Origin: Blepharisma stoltei ATCC 30299
Taxonomy: Eukaryota; Protista; Ciliophora
Direction: 5' to 3'
DNA: 64,000 nucleotides
Assembly (NCBI GenBank): GCA_965603825.1
Contig: CBFDEM010000033.1
Span: 558,001 to 622,000 of the forward strand
The position numbers and the translations under genes were made by a program. This document shows positions 60,954 to 64,000 of the stretch, one piece after another (positions within the stretch are counted from its first letter, which is position 1; each line of letters opens with the position of its first letter). Under the pieces are notes generated by a model. That model made no database searches and had not been told where the DNA came from. It saw only the letters and a list, made by a program, of their open reading frames with translations.

Positions 60954-63245
60954 TTAAGCGATTAAAATACCACCCCAATCTGAAGCGAAGAATCCTCCGA
61001 AAACTAGTGAAAGAATGGCTGAAAGCTTGACTAGAATGTTAAGAGATGGCCCTGATGTGTCTTTCATAGGGTCGCCGACTGTATCTCCAGTAACAGCTGC
61101 AGCCTTGATATCTTTGAATTGAGGGCTAGATTTAGGCACTAAGCTCTCTTTTTCAATGTATTTCTTAGCGTTATCCCAAGCACCACCAGCATTAGCAGAG
61201 CTAGTAGCCATTTGGACTCCAGAAACCAAAATTCCAGCCAAAAGTCCTGCAACTGCTCTAGGTCCGAAGAGCCAGCCAGTAATAATAGGGGTTAGCATGA
61301 CCATCATACCAGGCAAAATCATTTCTTTTAAGGCAGCTCTGGTTGAAATTTGTACACATTTTTCGTATTCTGGGGCATAGTGTGGGTTTCTCTTCATTTC
61401 TTGGAACTGTCTTCTGACTTCTACGACCATCTGGTTTGCAGCTTTTCCGACTGATTTCATAGTCAAGGCTGAAAAAGCATATGGGAGCATAGCACCTACA
61501 AGGAGTCCTGCGAACTGAAGAGGAGCCAAAATGTTGACTTCAGTCATGTTAGATCTGGTAATAAAAGCTCCGAAAAGAGCAAGGGAGACCAAAGCAGCAC
61601 TTCCAATAGCAAAACCTTTACCAATAGCAGCTGTTGTATTTCCTGCAGCGTCTAAAGCGTCAGTTCTTTGTCTGACTTCTTTCTTAAGGTGGATCATTTC
61701 GACCATCCCTCCTGCGTTATCTGAAATTGGTCCATACCCATCAATTGCTAAGGCCAAGGCTAAGTTTGACAACATTCCTAAGGCCGCAAGAGCAATCCCA
61801 TACATACTTGCAAGGTAGAAAGAAGCATAAATAGTAGCAGCCAAACAGAGGGTTGGGATAATGCAGGACAGATATCCAAGGGCAAGCCCATAAATGATAT
61901 CGGTGGCAGCTCCAGTTCTGCAGCTTTCTGCTACCTCTTTGACTGGGGTGTATGCAAAAGAAGTGAAGTATTCAGTCACGTAGCCAATGATTAAGCCAGA
62001 CCAAAGGCCAAAAGCAATGCAAATGAAGGCGTGGAGACTATGGGTTTCAATGACCTCGTCACCTCTGACAAAGGTGAAGTCTTCTGGGAGGACATTCATG
62101 GCTAAGAAGTAAAGGGCTGGGGTTAAGAGGATAGTGGAGATTAAGAGCTGGTATTTGAGGGTTCTTTCGATTTTGTCTTCACTGTCAACTTTCATGATGT
62201 TTGTGGCGAAGAAACTGGTGAAAAAGGACACTACAATACCAGTGGCCGAAATCAATAGTGGGAAATAAAGTGCACACATGGTCTCTGTCAGTTCTACTGA
62301 GGTAGCTGCAACGACAAGAGCGGCACAGCTGCTTTCAGCGAAGCTTCCAAATAAGTCTGAGCCCATACCTGCAATATCTCCAACGTTGTCTCCGACGTTA
62401 TCTGCAATAGTTGCTGCATTTCTTGGGTCGTCTTCTTCAAGTCCTTCTTCTACTTTTCCTGCCAAGTCAGCTCCAACGTCAGCAGCTTTTGTGAAAATTC
62501 CACCTCCGACTCTTCCAAACATGGCAATTGTGGATCCACCAAGGCCGTAGCCAGCAATGCACTCATACATGTGCCTGACTTTTTCGCTTTCATACTCTTC
62601 ACCAAGGTAAAGATAATTGTAAGCTGTAATAAGCAACAGCAAATTAAGAAGGCCAAGGGAGTTAAGAATGAAGCCCAAAACAGCACCTCCTCTGAAGGCT
62701 ACAATAAAGGCATTTGCAAGACCGTTTTCTCTGTTAATTGCGCTATAAGCAGTTCTGGAGTTTGCGAAGACTGCAACTCTCATCCCAATATATCCTGAAC
62801 AAATACTTGTGGCAGCTCCCAGGACAAATGCGAAAACAGTCCAAAACTGTCCAATTTCTTCTTCAACCAAGACTGCAATGATGACTGAGAAGATTGCGAT
62901 GAAAACAGCCAAAATCTTGTACTCCTCCATCAAGAAAGCTCTGGCGCCATCAGAGACTGCATGTGAAATGCGGTTCAGTGTATAGACGACCTGGTCCCAG
63001 TTCTCATGGTAAGGGCCCATTTCTTCATCAACCCATTCGGTCTCTCCTGTTCTCTTGTTCTTTTTTTCGACCCTTTCAGTTTTCATGCCAATAATTTCTT
63101 TCAGGTAGCGTGGGTCATTGCGATGATAGTCGCCAGATTCACCTACAGGGACTTTTGTGATCATCAGGATGTTGAAAATGCCATAGATAAGTCCAAGGAT
63201 AGTTGAACTTATAATAAACAGGTTAGTAGCCTCGTCTCCTAACAT
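60954..63245 (-). CDS. Vacuolar H+-translocating pyrophosphatase, K+-dependent type, 763 aa
   Basis: GGIFTKAADVGADLAGKVE; EDDPRN.ATIADNVGDNVGD; DGYGPISDNAGG; GNTTAAIGKG (Ala = K+-dependent determinant); GDTVGDPMKDTSGPSLN. Confidence 0.97.
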   Translation of the reverse strand: MLGDEATNLFIISSTILGLIYGIFNILMITKVPVGESGDYHRNDPRYLKEIIGMKTERVEKKNKRTGETEWVDEEMGPYHENWDQVVYTLNRISHAVSDGARAFLMEEYKILAVFIAIFSVIIAVLVEEEIGQFWTVFAFVLGAATSICSGYIGMRVAVFANSRTAYSAINRENGLANAFIVAFRGGAVLGFILNSLGLLNLLLLITAYNYLYLGEEYESEKVRHMYECIAGYGLGGSTIAMFGRVGGGIFTKAADVGADLAGKVEEGLEEDDPRNAATIADNVGDNVGDIAGMGSDLFGSFAESSCAALVVAATSVELTETMCALYFPLLISATGIVVSFFTSFFATNIMKVDSEDKIERTLKYQLLISTILLTPALYFLAMNVLPEDFTFVRGDEVIETHSLHAFICIAFGLWSGLIIGYVTEYFTSFAYTPVKEVAESCRTGAATDIIYGLALGYLSCIIPTLCLAATIYASFYLASMYGIALAALGMLSNLALALAIDGYGPISDNAGGMVEMIHLKKEVRQRTDALDAAGNTTAAIGKGFAIGSAALVSLALFGAFITRSNMTEVNILAPLQFAGLLVGAMLPYAFSALTMKSVGKAANQMVVEVRRQFQEMKRNPHYAPEYEKCVQISTRAALKEMILPGMMVMLTPIITGWLFGPRAVAGLLAGILVSGVQMATSSANAGGAWDNAKKYIEKESLVPKSSPQFKDIKAAAVTGDTVGDPMKDTSGPSLNILVKLSAILSLVFGGFFASDWGGILIA

Positions 63246-63597
63246 TTATTATTATCCACTAGTGACATGAGACTTTTAGCATTAAAGAATTAAGTAAAAG
63301 GTAGTCTGAGAGAAGGCGAAAAGATTTAAATTTTTAGAAATCGGCTTAACGAATTTTGTGCCTGCAAATATTTTAATTATTTCCAGGCTATAAGTATGGT
63401 GATTCAAATTAGTGAATCAAAGATAATAGAAGATGGAATGAAAAAGCAAAACTGCTGGGATTGTAGAATGAAACAGATTAAATTTATTCAGCTAAATATG
63501 GATGAAACTTTGTACAGTGGGGATTTTATTATAGGGAATATCCTTTAGCTGTATGATTTTTAAATATGAATTCATAAGAAAACTTTTACCTATAAAA

Positions 63598-64000
63598 ATG
63601 AGCACATTTTTGTCAGACATGCGGAATACAGGAGGCAAAAAGACCATTGTCGACTCCCTTTCAAATCATTATAAGCACTTAAATACAATAAAACCCGTCG
63701 TTAACTCTTTTGACCCTCCACCAAAGCATGTGAATGCCAAATCTCGTCCAGCTTCAAAACAAAGCAACCTTTCTGAAGTAAAAGAAACTTTCCGACGTGT
63801 AAGCTCGGTGAAAAACTCAAAATCCTCTTTCTCAGCGCCAGAAACCTTTCACTTATCATCTAAATTAAGCCAAAATCGAGCAAAAAAGAAAAATTCTCAG
63901 ATTACAGATCATGAAAACAACATAAAAAGTATGCAGAGAAGAATAAATCGGATAGGAAGTGCAAGCGAAAGGAAGAAAAATCCTTATGACCCTATAGCTC
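63598..64000 (+). CDS. 5' part of a basic hypothetical protein running off the window
   Basis: ATG 63598 after an A-rich leader; open to the window end (MSTFLSDMRNTGGKKTIVDSLSNHYKHLNTIKPVV...). Confidence 0.6.
   Translation, partial: MSTFLSDMRNTGGKKTIVDSLSNHYKHLNTIKPVVNSFDPPPKHVNAKSRPASKQSNLSEVKETFRRVSSVKNSKSSFSAPETFHLSSKLSQNRAKKKNSQITDHENNIKSMQRRINRIGSASERKKNPYDPIA

Noticed and set aside
529-63206. Many short antisense or alternate-frame ORFs in the track (e.g. 529..777, 5113..5493, 40098..40487, 62278..62550)
   Set aside because: They are shadows of long real CDSs, mostly with TTG/GTG starts and no recognisable motifs.

Overview
AT-rich, gene-dense eukaryotic DNA that reads as ciliate macronuclear sequence of the Blepharisma type (Heterotrichea). 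The taxon is inferred from two features seen directly. (1) TGA is read as Trp: the ORF track is fragmented at in-frame TGAs that fall on conserved Trp positions, and every complete gene I traced ends in TAA or TAG. (2) Four 15-nt GTAA...AG introns all carry an A 6 nt from the 3' end. Re-read this way, the window holds about 32 protein genes: GAPVD1-like RasGAP/VPS9, EH+PX sorting nexin, a ~2520-aa IP3-receptor-like channel, DUF6314, kinase-kelch, UTP12, CorA, major vault protein, a pepsin-family pseudoprotease plus a decayed paralog, a REJ/GPS polycystin-1-like receptor, PLAC8, an atypical SDR, kelch, FAM32A, mitochondrial EF-G2, TMBIM/Lifeguard, P4-ATPase, SEP-UBX, a Cys-capped type I membrane protein, DHHC, RING-H2, PP2C, rabconnectin-3a/Rav1 and a K+-dependent H+-PPase. 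I found no rRNA, tRNA, transposon, CRISPR array or telomeric array. The code and tiny introns are known heterotrich biology. The less-described signals are two probable pseudoenzymes, unusual domain architectures, extreme gene packing (18-bp and 31-bp gaps) and adjacent pairs of endosomal/acidification genes. All assignments come from motif recognition by eye, not database searches.
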